Below, piece by piece: positions 49,714 through 62,917 of a stretch of 64,000 nt of DNA. The DNA is from Marsupella aquatica. Taxonomy: Eukaryota; Plantae; Marchantiophyta. The DNA is taken from the NCBI GenBank assembly GCA_973895155.1, contig OZ316895.1, positions 16,188,816 to 16,252,815 of the forward strand, written 5' to 3'. Each line of letters opens with the position of its first letter. Position 1 is the first letter of the stretch. A program made the translations under genes and the position numbers. Below the pieces are notes generated by a model that ran no database searches, was not told the origin of the DNA, and worked only from the letters and a program-made list of their open reading frames with translations.

Positions 49714-50483
49714 GCCAATCAGTTAACCTCGCCCTCTGCAGCTCAGCAGCTGAACTTAGCGATCAATGACCGTTTTGTAATAACCACACAGTATCAACAA
49801 ATAAGTACACTGAATCAACATGAGCTGGTCTAGCTTGCAAGCGTGCGGCCAGGTACAGGACAGCATTGAGTCCAGTACTGGCACTGATACTGGACTGTAC
49901 TTTACTGTACTTTGTCCGAGTGAATGACTGAAGAACTCAACATCTTGGAGTCTACCTAAATCTCTGGTACAGCACAAGAGAGCGAAAGTGAGGTCACTGT
50001 GTTAAGGGTACGTACGGCCGTAGGAACCTGTCATGGATCTCTCATCTCTCTCTCTTCCTTCGTGCAGTACAGTGCATTGTAATAATTAATGGGTACAGGC
50101 TTCCCATTTGACCTGCTCCTCTGTTGTTCTCCGTGATCAATCTTCGCAATCCACTTTTAAAAAATGCTGGGAAAAATGCTGGATCTACATTGTACTAATT
50201 GATGGGTACAGGGCTACAGGCTTCCCATTTGACCTGCTCCTGTGTTGTTCTGCGTGACCAATCTTTGCAAATTGCAATCCAATTTTTAAAACATGGTGAA
50301 TCTATTGAATGGTGGCAATAATTATTATGGTAACTGGGGTCTGGTCACTTCTGCAGAGTTCTGCCCTGTCCCCGCTGGAAACTGTAGGGCACTCTGCGCC
50401 CAATTCTAGGACTGCATTGTTGTGGTTGGACCCTTTGCTTAGTTCTGCAGCAGCCAGCATGATAGGAAATCATGCCCAAAAGC

Positions 50484-50690
50484 TCAGCCTCTGCAGCAGC
50501 CGAACAAATCGTGTACCGGTATCGATCAGTCTCTCATGCAACTCACCAGTCATAGGGACGCCTGCAGCAGCAGGAAGCTCATCACTCGTCGCCCCAGCCT
50601 CTGCAGCAGCCGAACAAAATGTACCGGTATCGATCAGTGTCGCATGCAACTCACCAGTCATTATAGGGGACGCCTGCAGAAAGCTCATCT
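50484..50690. repeat. Tandem duplication, 2 x ~110 bp (a second pair at 50087-50290)
   Basis: cagcctctgcagcagccgaacaaa..tgtaccggtatcgatcagt..catgcaactcaccagtcat..agggacgcctgcag occurs twice. Confidence 0.88.
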
Positions 50691-52464
50691 ACTGTCTCCC
50701 ACGAGTCCCATGGGAGCTCAGAATATACTCCGTAAAGTTCGTGCAATTATGTCACACACGGTGCAAAGACGCACCTAAAAAGCACTTGAACTAAATCAGA
50801 ATTGGATTATCTGTAACACCACCGGACAAACGAAAGGGATAAGGGATAAGATTTTCTGCCGATGAGCTTCATTTGAGCAGATGAGAGCGGTGGAAGACCA
50901 CAAATCGTCCAATGAATGACCTCAGGTCCTCAACAAATCAGATCTTCCAGAGACGCCGCAGAAAGAAAGTAATTAAGCTGTAGGAATGCACAATCATGAA
51001 CTTTTCTGACCTAAAAGTGGAGTGAGGACAGCTCTGAAAGCGCATAGAGCCGAGAGACCAAGTCTGTCCACTATTTTGCGGCGGCCAATGACGCTCACTC
51101 AGAAGAAGAGGCGGCAACCATATAGGGTAAGGCATTGGATCTTGGATAATTAATTGGAACTTGGAAGGGACCTCTTGCATTTGGTTGGACGAGAGGAGGA
51201 CTGAGTAGTTGGCCCCTCCATGTTCCCAGGTCGACGTTTATGACATCCTTAAATTAGTGAGCAATGGCTATCTGTACTCCGTACTCTTTCGTGTTACGTC
51301 CTTCTTTTGTTGGCCATGAGCGGATGCTGTGGGATCACCCTGAGCTCGTCAAAGCTTGGCCAATGTCTCATCCACAACCTTCGACAGCACTACAGTGAGC
51401 TAGGCTCCTCACACGAACCTGGGCCAGTCTTCGGAGTCAGGTTGAGGATAGGGACAGTGTTCAGCGACCTAAGAACTGACGGTGCCATAGCTTTCCAGCT
51501 TCTCTCGATAACTGGGAAAAACAAATGCCAGTTGCATTCCACGTAGAAATGATGAATGCACGTCAAGTCATCATCAGTCTCCCAGAGTCCCAGGCAACTA
51601 GGCAAGCATGTCACCAACTGCTTATCTGAACTTAATGAAGCTGTGCATCAATGAGGATTTTACTTGTATCAAATTGCAGCCCATTAGGTTGTCTCCAACC
51701 TCAAAATTGTAGGGACCTTAGCTTAGCCCTCAAGGGTACCCAATTGAAAAGTTATGGACTACCAATTCATGATCCGTAATTTTTTGCTTGCCATTGAGTT
51801 TGGCCATATAGCATGCATTTTTTGCTTGCCATTGAGGTTGGCCATATAGCATGCTGCATGCTCATCCTGGAACATGCTTGCTTAATTAGTGATTCTCTTC
51901 CAACCTAGAGATAGAATACTTTTTCACTTTAAAAAAGACAACATTAACTATTGTACACTGTATTTAACTATTGCACTGTGGGTACAATATTAATTGAAAG
52001 AGAAATACATGAATTTTTAACCTTTAATTTTGAGCTTTACTTTTCAGGACTGATTCAGGTGACACTTATTGATGTATAACTGTTGAGTTCCAGTTACCCG
52101 GTGGAGCCTGGTGGAGAGTCTCTCCTTCTCAGAAATAAGGCCCAATTGAGCAGAGCAAAGTAGAGTCATAAAATGATCAACATTTACTCTACGAGTACCT
52201 GATTGAAACTAAGACATTTAAAAAATTAAGGGGGTTAGAAGAAATTACTAAATTTGAAATAATACAAAACAAAAGCCTAGACTAGGTCAAATGCATATAA
52301 AAATACATGACAAGCAACATGAGTAAGACAAGACAACCAAAAGGTGTTTCGCCATTGAGGTTGGTCATATGCCATGTATGTGCCCCTCACTATAGAGGCT
52401 AATGAAAAAAAAACAAAAGTTTTGAATACACCCTGTGAAATCCTAGGGCCAATATTTTAAATAC

Positions 52465-52795
52465 TGTTGAACTAAGATGTCATTCGCAACGACCATACAA
52501 CCATGACTCATTCCATGCACACGTAGTCGACAAAATCTCTACGTGGTTCACCTCTTCTCCAAGGCTACGTCCACACGAACACTCAAGCTTTACTTCAAGA
52601 GTAGACGAACACACATTCCTCCCTCTTCCTCAAGTTTCTCCGTTACAATGAGTAAGCATCACATACTAGTGGCTTACACTAGCCCTGGTATATACAAGGT
52701 CACACACGACTAACCTAACCTCAGCTAAGACCCTAACTGTGGTTAGCCTAAGTGCCGTAATCTTTGAGTCACAAGACTAAGAGCAATCCTTAACA
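52465..52795 (-). mobile_element. Solo LTR (Copia-like), 5-bp TSD AATAC
   Basis: aatac|tgttgaac...ccttaaca|aatac; reverse complement aligns end to end with 53572-53901. Confidence 0.88.
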
Positions 52796-53404
52796 AATAC
52801 ACCCTGTGAAAGCCATCAGCCATATCTATGAAGCATTGAGACTCCCTATTGTTACCAGGTAGACCAAACTCAATTCTAGGCTAATCACGAGCATGCCCAC
52901 TCCCAACCGTAGTGTTGAAATAAATATTATACTAAGTAGGCAAACTAGGAACCAGACATTAACCAAGCGAGAGATCAATCCAGTAGGGCAAGCATGTGCA
53001 AAGGTGCCCACTGCCTGACCATAGTATTGAAATGAACATTATACTAGGCATGATAGGAACCAAAGGGTAACCAAAGCATGGATCAATGAGAGACCAATCA
53101 AATAGGCAAGCGGGTGTAAAGGTTGAATCCTTCTAAAGACTTTACTTCATCCCACCCAAAAGTGGGTTCACAAAAATTTTAGACACTTAGAAAACATGAC
53201 CATAGTTTATGCATCAGACAAAGGGGCAACCTGGAATGAGTGCTTAGGGCTCATTAAAGCCTTTGACCTGAATAAATTTCATATGGAAGTTAGTAAATTT
53301 GGTGGGCACATGTGTAGCCAGGGGTACTGCCTTATGCTTAAATCCTATACAATTTTGGTATTCTGTTTGATAGTATAAACAAAGCATAGTGTGTCAGGCA
53401 TCTA

Positions 53405-53936
53405 CCAAGAAAAGACTTAACAGGATCTCTCTAGCATCTCTTGGACTTAACAGTCCAGCAAGATGCCATGAAGACTTAATAGGACTCCTTAACAGGACCT
53501 CTATGACTGCCAATCTTGCCCAGGTCTTGATGGCATTTTACTCACAAGGGTCCGGTTAAGTCCAAAAGATGTGTTAAGGATTCCTCTTAGTCCTGTGACT
53601 CATAGGTTATGGCGTTTAGGCTAACCACAGTTAAGGACTTAGCTGAGGTTAGGTTAGTCGTGTATGACCTTGCATATACTAGAGCTAGTGTAAGTCGTTG
53701 GTAGGTGGTGCTTGCTCATTGTAACGGAGCAACTTGAGGAAGAGAGAGAGCTTTGTGTGCGACTATTCTGAAGTAAAGTTGTTGTGTTCATGTGGACGTA
53801 GCCTTGGAGAAGAGGTGAACCACGTATGGATTGTGTCGACTACATGAGCATGGTATGAGTCATGATCGTATCGTCATGAAGGAAGACGTCATAGTTCAAC
53901 AAGATGCCAGAGGGGTCTTGTTAAGTCTTTTCTTGG
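53405..53936. mobile_element. MITE (family of 1749-1875) interrupted by a solo LTR
   Basis: ccaagaaaagacttaacagga ... tcttgttaagtcttttcttgg; internal sequence is the reverse complement of 1790-1860. Confidence 0.75.
53572..53901 (+). mobile_element. Solo LTR (Copia-like), 5-bp TSD AGATG
   Basis: agatg|tgttaagg...gttcaaca|agatg; motif gtggacgtagcc..ggtgaaccacgta. Confidence 0.9.
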
Positions 53937-56900
53937 GCATTTACTTGTAGTTCTAAAGTTACTATATACCTGCAGTTAGTCTAACAATATTCAGCCTGGT
54001 TAAAGTAAGAATTGTTAGGGTAGGTTCCCACCAAGTGTTAGGGATTGTTAGAGTGACTAGGAGTTAGCTATCATGAATTATAGAAAGCTATCTTTACAAA
54101 AGTTACCTATTCCTGAAGTGTATTTTTGGTCTAACTTGGCTACGAGTCTCTAGATCAATTTTTGTTGTCCTTAACATGAGGTGAAAAGTATCAACATTTA
54201 CCGTCATTTCAGCGGGATTTATTCCGTGCTCACTCTCCTGCCTATCTCGTTTTGTACCCCTACACTGATGGCCTCCAAGAGAATTGGTAACCCTGTCCCC
54301 CCCCCCCTCCCCGCATGGTCTTTGATAGAGTAGAGACTGTACTGAGACTGAGACTGACAGTCATCATTGATCTGAACTTTCACGAGTGAGAGAGATTACT
54401 CGTCTCGACAGTTAAATTACAGCAGCCTCATTAAGTCCTGGGTTGACTCCCTGTTTAATTTAAGTCCAATCACAAAATGACTTGACCTTCCTCTACTCCA
54501 AACGTATTTAATGAAAGGAGTCATATAGAGTCCTTCTCCAGGGCAGAGAAGAGACTTCATGATTCATGATTGCAACATTGAGAATTTATGTTGGCAGAGG
54601 ATTTAGGAACACTAGAAGAAAATGCTCCATTTTGAGACCCTCCCCTATGTTACTTGTGCGAGACCTTCAGAAATATGTGACTCCAAGTTTGTGGGTGTCA
54701 TGTTAGTTACATCATACCAATTGATTTCTGGTGAGGTTGTAGGAAGTCATGCTTGCAACTTTTGGGAAAGTCACAATTGTAACACTGGTAAGTCAGAAAT
54801 AGGTAAGTTATATCAGTTACTCCACAATAGTGGAATATGAATTAGAGCACAAGTTACACTGCAATGAGACCTCGCGCTGAACATACAAGTTTCACTATAT
54901 GATATTTGGTCCCCAACTATAGTATAGTGATAGCACTTTTTGCCATCTTCAATTACCAGTGTGACACACTTATATATACAATGTAAGTTTGGCCCATATT
55001 AAATAATAATCTCGGCCCGCATCCAAAATCCAACCCATACATATTGTGTATATATGATTGACAAAATGTGGGTGTGAGGATTGGAGGTGGGTGTGGTCGC
55101 AAGTCGAGTGCCATGTCACTGGTCGTTGTATATATTGAAGGCATCATACAAAACTCTAGACACACAAAATTCACTTCACCCACTACCATCATTTAAAAAA
55201 ATTTCAGCATACCCCAGTAGCCAATATCGGATGACTATCCCTAATTCAGGTTGAATAAGTCCAAAATTTGATAGTAGGACAGCTGCAATCAAACAATGGC
55301 CCAAAGCCAAGGTACTGACATACTGCTTTCTTGCTCCGGTATGTTATCGCTCCATTTGAGTGTTGGATTCATCGCTAGTCTCGAGTGCAATTTCCTTACC
55401 ACTACATGCATTCCTTTAGAAACATAGCTTTCACCTGTTTTTGTACTCTTGCATATAGCATGTTCATCCTAATACATGCCTATTTTCACTTATCCAAAAG
55501 AAAATTGAAACAACCATTATAAGAGTTCATGTGAGGAGACATGTTAATTTGACTAGTTTATGAAAAACAAATATTGAAATAATTACTAAAAAAACGTTCA
55601 TGGAAAACCTGCACCCATTTTTAAAAGTGAAAAATAGTACAATATTTAATGGGTGAGACAAGTTCATTAATTTGAAGGTACTAGTCAATGTACCTGTACA
55701 GGTAAGTACTTTATGATTCAAAGAAGAGTGTGTTAACTTTGTTTTTTTTAATAATTTTCTGCTCTATTTGGTGAGGCTCTTTATTTAGGTGACACATGTT
55801 GATCAATAAACCATGAACATTGTAAACTTTATAACCAATGGCATTTGAGCTGCATTGAATACTAGTTGCTTGGTTGAAGTGTCTAACCTTCCTCTGCAAG
55901 CAAGGAAAAATGCTATAAAGAACAGGGAACCTAATCAAAACTAACTGAATCAAAAAACTTAAAGGGGCTGCCAAAAATGATTAAATTCTAAACAGTACAT
56001 GGATAAAGCCTGGATTAGGCCAGATTAACATAAAATAGATTGTAAGCAATTTGAATGAGACAAGGTAAACAAAGAGTGTCCCACCACATAGCCGTTTTAT
56101 TTTCCCCTACCTTGAAATCGCTGCCCCTTTAATTTATACTTCGTTGTTTAGTATTGCTAACATTGTTGTGTTGCGTATTTCAATACTGTGGTTGTCTTTG
56201 GATTTTGGCGCGTTCACTTCATGCCTAGTCTGAACTCTGCTTACTTCTTCTTTATTGTTCAGAGTAAATTCCTCCTGTCCATCTTGTTTTTGTGGTGTGT
56301 CGTTGTAATAATTCCATGATACACACATAAGAGTTAGGACAGGGCGCCTTGTTTGGAATGTCGCCACAAAATTTCCTTAACAATGAGACCAAACATGGTT
56401 GGAATTGAAAAAGTATGCATTCTCAATTCGGGAGTAATTTGTGTTAGCCGTAGAGTATCAGTTTTGTCCACATCATGGCACAATAGTTTGTTTAGGAATG
56501 TACTGTGCTACCTTAGGGTGTTCTTGTAGCTGGCTTTTTGCATGCATGTTCTTTTTTGGTTCCTTGTGCTTTAACTCTTTGACTTGGTGGAGCCTATTGG
56601 GACCCTTTTCATTTTCTTAATGTACACTTCCCCATTCATCCGGCCACCATCTGATGGGGTGCCAGAAGGTGTATATGACAAAGGGAAAACTAAGTACACA
56701 ATTCCAATACAGACCTGCGGCAAAGAAATACTTTTGCATCCTTTTGGGTTTGTTGTATCCGTCCATGGTCATGCTTGAAGCACAGCAATCTGGGACACTT
56801 CTGGAACTTTCAGCTCAAACCCAAGGTCATAAATTAGATGTCAAAGGTCGGGCAGTCTTTCATATTTGTGTTTTTGGAAACAGTCAATCATTCACAATGT

Positions 56901-59147
56901 TCTGATAACACTAATAATTCAAGTATGTAGCTAAATGTCTTGCAATGTTTATGAGTGCTAGCACTACAGCTAGAATGTTGTCTAGTGAATGAAAATGTCA
57001 CTCACCCAAAAACTGCCTTTCACACTAATTACTGATTGAAAGTCACATTTGCTACCTTCCACTACTTGCGTAGTCATGGTTACAACATCTGCAAACTCCA
57101 CTTCAAATCTCTTAGTTACAAAGATGACTATGTTGAGGCCCAGAGGTTTTTTTTCCAACTTGGCACAGTTGTAAAGGCTGTCTATGTTGTGACAATACAT
57201 ATCCCACAGCTGTTGTTGATAACTGAGGTGAGCTTTTGATAGCTGGCAATAACCATCCCATAAAACCAAATCACCCAGAGAATTCCACTTTGCCCTGTCA
57301 AATCAATCGCCCCAGCAGTAGCACTTCCAGATATAAGAGATGTTGCTGCCACTTGCCCTGCTCCAACTCCTCCTCTGCTCACAACAATAGGCTTCGCTTT
57401 GACAAACTTTGCACCTTCCATAAACAATTGCAAACTGAACTTTGGGCTGGCATGAGGTCCCTCAACAGAGATTCCCAGACAACTTGGCCTGGCTACAAAT
57501 GTTTGCGTCGATGCATATGACAAACCAAATCCAACAAAGCTAAGCAAATCCTCTTTGCTCGCACCATTTTACTTGCACCTCAGGCAAAACGATGTGATCC
57601 CGGCCTCTGACTGTGGGATACAGAAAAAAGTTTAAGTCATACGCTTTTTGGAACTTGACTTTCTAGTTAAGTACTCGCACAACAACTGATACGAACTAGT
57701 GATTGTTAGTGCTTTTTACTATGAGATTGATGTGATATGGTACCAGAGTCAAGATTACCCAAATATAGTGGAAATATTGAAAATTTTAAACTTTTAGACC
57801 CTTAAGTATGCACTTGGACAAGTTATTGAATAATTCACAATTCTAAGCCATGCTTAAGTTGTAACCTTTCCTTGGAAAAGATGTTGAGACAAAAGAAAGG
57901 GAAACCTACTTTGGTTTGAAGTTATTTTGAGAAGCAAAGATGAAAAACTTATTCTCAATTGGGCATTATATAAGTAAATTAGGAGAGTACCACAACCTCT
58001 ATTTAGATGAAATTTGAAGATCAAGAGGAGCTGGTTGGATCAATAAGCGACGATTGCTAGAAGCTCTTTCCTAGGCAGTACTTGAAGAACAAAGCCCACA
58101 AGGAAGTTGTAGATTCAGTAGTTAGCTTGATATCCCTTGATTAACTTTGACCCTAACCCATAGTTATATGAGTTTCCTTTCTTTACACTTGGAAAGTATA
58201 CTCTTTTGGGTTTGACTACTTTGATTACTCTTCTAAGTGGAGTTGTCACTACTGTTTACTTTTGAGATTAGTTTTAGATTTTGGGGATGAGGCCCGGGAT
58301 GAAGAGGCATGTCACTTCATTCACCCTTGCCATTGGGCCATCCTACCTAGAAATTAGACTCATAATTATGGAGCCATCTAGGACAGGGAGAGGAAGGTGG
58401 ACACCTCCAGTCTAAGTCCTGCAGGCACACTTTCTCTTTGAATACTTGCTCACTCCAAGTGAAGTACACAAAGAAACCATTTACACTTGGAAAAAATCAC
58501 TAGAGGGAAAGGTGTGTGACCGGGGCAGCACAAGTGGAAGGGGCAGACAGGAAGTCTCGAGGCTCATCAATCTAGGTATTAATGAGCCTTGAGACTCCCC
58601 AAGGTTTCGCATCATTATAACACCTAATCTCCAATTCACAATGATGTCAATACACCTTTGAACTTGAATTGAGGCCATACTTGTTGTGCGTTTTGTTTTG
58701 GGGTGGGAAAAGATGGTTGCTATCTTACCCCCAACCTCAAAATCAATGGTTGGAGGTAAGATTCAAATACAGGGGTTGCTGTGCCATGATTCTCACCGCC
58801 AACACCCTTGTTTTTGCCGAATTTTAATCATACACTTTACTTACTCCTCACAGTGTCATTCATTCCATTATGTCAAAGACAGTAAGAGAGGCAAGTAAAG
58901 TGTAATTCTAAATTGCTAATATATCTCCATTGTTCTTGAGAGAAGACAGTAAGAAATGGTCATCCATTGTCTTCCTGGGATGCCATTAATCACTACGGTA
59001 TACTCTTGAACAACTTATTATCCTATAGACAAGCATAGTGTGTGACTGGTGCCCATATTATGCAACTCATGACACAGTGTACCAAAAGGTATCTACTCCA
59101 CCCAATTTTTGATACCTTTGCATGTTACATGCACTCTAGTCTCTTGA

Positions 59148-59512
59148 AACTTGAGGTGCATGTTGTTTCCGTTTTTCCCCATAGGCAAAACATTGTTGTT
59201 ATCGTCAATCTCTCTGGCCCCAGGTGTCTGTACTGTGCAATATCGATTATTGTGCACAAGCTTGACAACACCCTAAACCCTACAGAGCTCAGCACCAACG
59301 GTCTATATCCCCTATTCTCTAATGATTATATCCTAGAGGGCTAAACCATGACTTGAGGTGCATGTTGCCGTTTTTTTTTCCCAAAGGCAAAACATTGTTG
59401 TTATCGTCGGTATGTCCCCAGGTGTCTGTACTTTGCAATATCGATTATTGTGCACAAGTGTAACAACACCTTAACAACCCTTACAAAGCTCAGCACCCAA
59501 CGGTCCATATCC
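59148..59512. repeat. Tandem duplication, period ~203 bp
   Basis: acttgaggtgcatgttg...ggcaaaacattgttgttatcgtc...caatatcgattattgtgcacaag...agctcagcacc..cggtc.atatcc occurs twice. Confidence 0.88.
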
Positions 59513-60599
59513 AACAAGGCAAAAGAATGCTTTGAATTGTCAACTCATGCACAACAATGACCATGCAAGTGCCCCCAGCCCCCCAGCGCCAGGAATTTGA
59601 CCTGCATGTGCATGAGCATTTGTGGTACTGTACAGTCAGGACTGTCAAGTAACCTAAGTTCATTTAGTCATGGCACCATAACCTGGACCTGACCAAAGCT
59701 ACCTGATCATATTAAACTGAACAATAAAAAGTGTGACTGTAGGGTTCTGACAACAAGATAAGATGGACAAATACCGCTTGAGGCCCATCACAATAAGCCA
59801 ATAATTCTTTTAATGAAAATGATAATGATGTTCCACGCATGAACTTGAAATCTTTTAAGAGTGTCTCAGACAATTGAGCTCAAGTACAATCTGCACATTT
59901 TATACCCTGTAAGGTGGCGGTTTAAACCCCTCTTTTTGTGAAATAATGTTTTTTGGCTGTTCTTCTTTAAATAGAAATTGGCTCGCTGTGGGTGCGCGAA
60001 GCACATTCAACAGTGTTTTTGCTTGCTTTCATGTCCACAGTGAAGCGTACTTAGCTGATACGCAAAACATTCTCTACAAGAGTAAGTACACATTCATGCA
60101 GCTCCAGCACTATAGCATCAACAAGTGTGATATAGCTTTAATAGTTAGAATCAAAAGTTAAATGAGAATTCTAAATTTTTACATGGAATTGTACGATCAA
60201 ATACATGTTTCTGTGTGTATTTGTGACACAAAACCCAAACCCTTATATGCATGGATACTGGAATGATATATAATACATAGTCATCAAACTATCTAATGTT
60301 AAGGAAAGAGACAGAAGTAAGGGAGATTATGACTATTAGGTAGGGATAGGTTAGTTAGTGATTAGCGAGGAAGCCCATGGCAGTACACCTGAAGGAGACA
60401 TGATCATGCCACCTACTTAGTGGTTGTCACTATCAAACCTGACTGCGGTAGAAAAGAATCAATATGAACATAACAAGTACATCCACCATAGTCTAGCTCC
60501 ACAAGCTCCGCTATGACATGATCTCTCTCACCCTCCACAACCTTTGCACACAGAAGACTGAATGTGAGCACGCATTGAGTTCCCCTTGGGTATACCCCA

Positions 60600-61951
60600 T
60601 GTCATGCCTAGGTACATGGCTGTCGGTTCTGCTCGCCATGGTCCTCGCATGACTGCCAAGCCTTTGGTACCATTATGTTTTTGTCGGCTTATAATTTGGG
60701 TTTTGTTTTCCCAAGTTATGGCCCAATTAGGGCCATGGTTGACTTTATGTTCTTGTAGGGCAAGTATGGGTGTTCTTCAAGCAAAGCCATTTTTAAAAGA
60801 CACCTTTTTGCTTCATCTGTTGTAGTTGACATTTTGTTCTTGTGGTGCGTTTTTGTGTTCTTTGAAGCAAAGTCATTTTGCTTCATTCACTACTTAGGTA
60901 GAGTCTTGCTCACTTGTTAGCTAGTTTTTCTTGAATTATTCTCGAGAAAGTGTGAGCAATTCAGATAGCTCTCCATTCCATACAGGGAATTAGACGTTGA
61001 TTTGTTAGATGCTCCAGATTGATCTGGCATCCTGTCTGTTTTCATTTCATTGTCGGTTAGTTAAGTACACCCGTTTCTATGACGCATTTTTATTCAAGAA
61101 AAACTTGATGGCTTCCATGGGGTATAGGATGTCTTAGCATGCATCATTGTCTAATTTTTCTTCCTACTTTTTGCTGTTAGGTAGGCACCCAATTCCACCT
61201 TGTGCTATTGTGCCTCCATGCTTGCGATGGTGGATTTGGACTCAATGGTAACCTGGTCTGATGTGATCTCTGAATGGGTTGCTCTATTCAAGAGGGTTAC
61301 GCCGATGGCCATGGAGAATTTGGCCATATCACAACATAGGGAGACACTCCGGTTTGCACACACCGGTGTGGGCAATTTTCAGCCCAAGGTGAGAAAGTTT
61401 GAAGTAGGGAATTTTGTTTATTTGCAGCGGCAGCCCAATGACACCTTGGATACTTCTACTAGTCCTACCTTTCTCAGGGTTAAGTCCATTTGGCCACCCG
61501 GAGTGCTACAGTTACAAGGGGTAGATGGGCACACAATTTCTGATAATGCTAAGAATTGTGTTCCTCGTCACTTGCCTAACCTTGATCCCACTATTGTGAC
61601 TTCAACTTGGATTCCACCTGTGTAAGGTGTGTTTGTGCATTGACGATGCTGATCAGATGTTACTGTGTGATGATTGCAATAGTGGCTACGTACCATCTCT
61701 TCTGCCTCCGGCCTGAATTGACACAAGTACCAGAAAACTTATGGTTTTGCCCTCCATGTTCACCACTTGCAACTTGATTTGCTTCAGATCTCTTAATCTT
61801 TCTTGGCTATGGTCTGGGAGGATATAGAGGTTTACACCTCCACTACGTACATACCATCTCATTGTTTGAGTACATTTGCAACATGTTTCATGTTTTTGAG
61901 TTTTATGAACTTAATGGTTTTGTCACATGTTTACAATGTTTATGTCACAAC
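60600..61951 (+). mobile_element. Non-autonomous deletion derivative of the DNMT/PHD Gypsy-type family (5' end + integrase C-terminus + PHD + 3' end)
   Basis: Starts TGTCATGCC; 60600-61105 is homologous to 36179-36551; 61115-61860 is homologous to 44940-45690; ends tatgtcacaac, matching 45814-45824. Confidence 0.85.
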
Positions 61952-62615
61952 CCTACACCATCCCCTGGTCTATGTGACCCTGGAACTCAAATGAGTGTTA
62001 TCCTAGTCTTCAAATTCCTAACTAGTACTATTGAAGTAAATAGGTTATAATAGTGGCATAACCTAACATACCTCTTTTGTACGTTATCACACAAGCCTTG
62101 ATGTCGGTGGTACTTCAAGCCAAACAGTTCAAACAACCAATGAGATGAGCTGACAATCCAGCTCATGAATTTCTCAACAGGCAAGAGGCTTGGTCTAAAC
62201 AAATTCCATCAACTGTGAAATACTAAATCACTGGTTTGACAAAACAGGATTTGAAAAAACTGAATACATAATATCTTTGGAGACTGTGAGCCACTGCAAC
62301 ATCTCCAAAAACCATGTATCAAGTTGCAAGTTAAAATCTGAATCACCAAATTTTTCAAGAAACCAAGAGACCCTTGGAAAGAGACCCAAACACCAAAGTT
62401 TCTCAAGAATCCTAAGATACACAAAATGTTTTTTGTGATTGTAATCGACCCAAAGAAGGTTTAGTTTAGTTTAGTTTAGTTCAGTTTCTCCTTGACTGGG
62501 GAGAATGTATTGACAAGTGATTCCTTTGCTTCTTGACTTCAAATTGTATTGGATTCTCTGTTTGTACTCCAGCTCTCGCTCCAGCTAGATATGGATGTCA
62601 TAATTGGAACCTCAA

Positions 62616-62917
62616 ACCAATTGGCTTAGGTCAATTGGCTAGGGGATTTGCCTGGAACTGAGAAGTTCCAGGTTTCAATCCCCCCTCCACACACTGGGGT
62701 GTGGAGGGTATATGTCGGTGGGATGGGTTTTGTGGGTAGTGGATTGGAGTTCTGATTATCTGCTCGGCCCCTGGTTGCCCACTTTGTGGCCCTGATTTAA
62801 TCCTCTCTTCTTCATGGTGCGGGTCCCTGTCCCGATCCATTGGGGGTCACCCTGGTCACATAGGGGTGGGGGGAGTCTAATTGTATTTCCTCCCCATTTC
62901 CTTTCAAGACAAAAAAA
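62616..62917 (+). mobile_element. tRNA-derived SINE with A-tail and 17-bp TSD
   Basis: TSD cataattggaacctcaa at 62599-62615 and 62918-62934; A-box-like taggtcaattgg; B-box-like ggtttcaatcc; A7 tail. Confidence 0.85.

Noticed and set aside
62616-62700. tRNA gene
   Set aside because: No cloverleaf; a body, A-tail and TSD identify it as a SINE head
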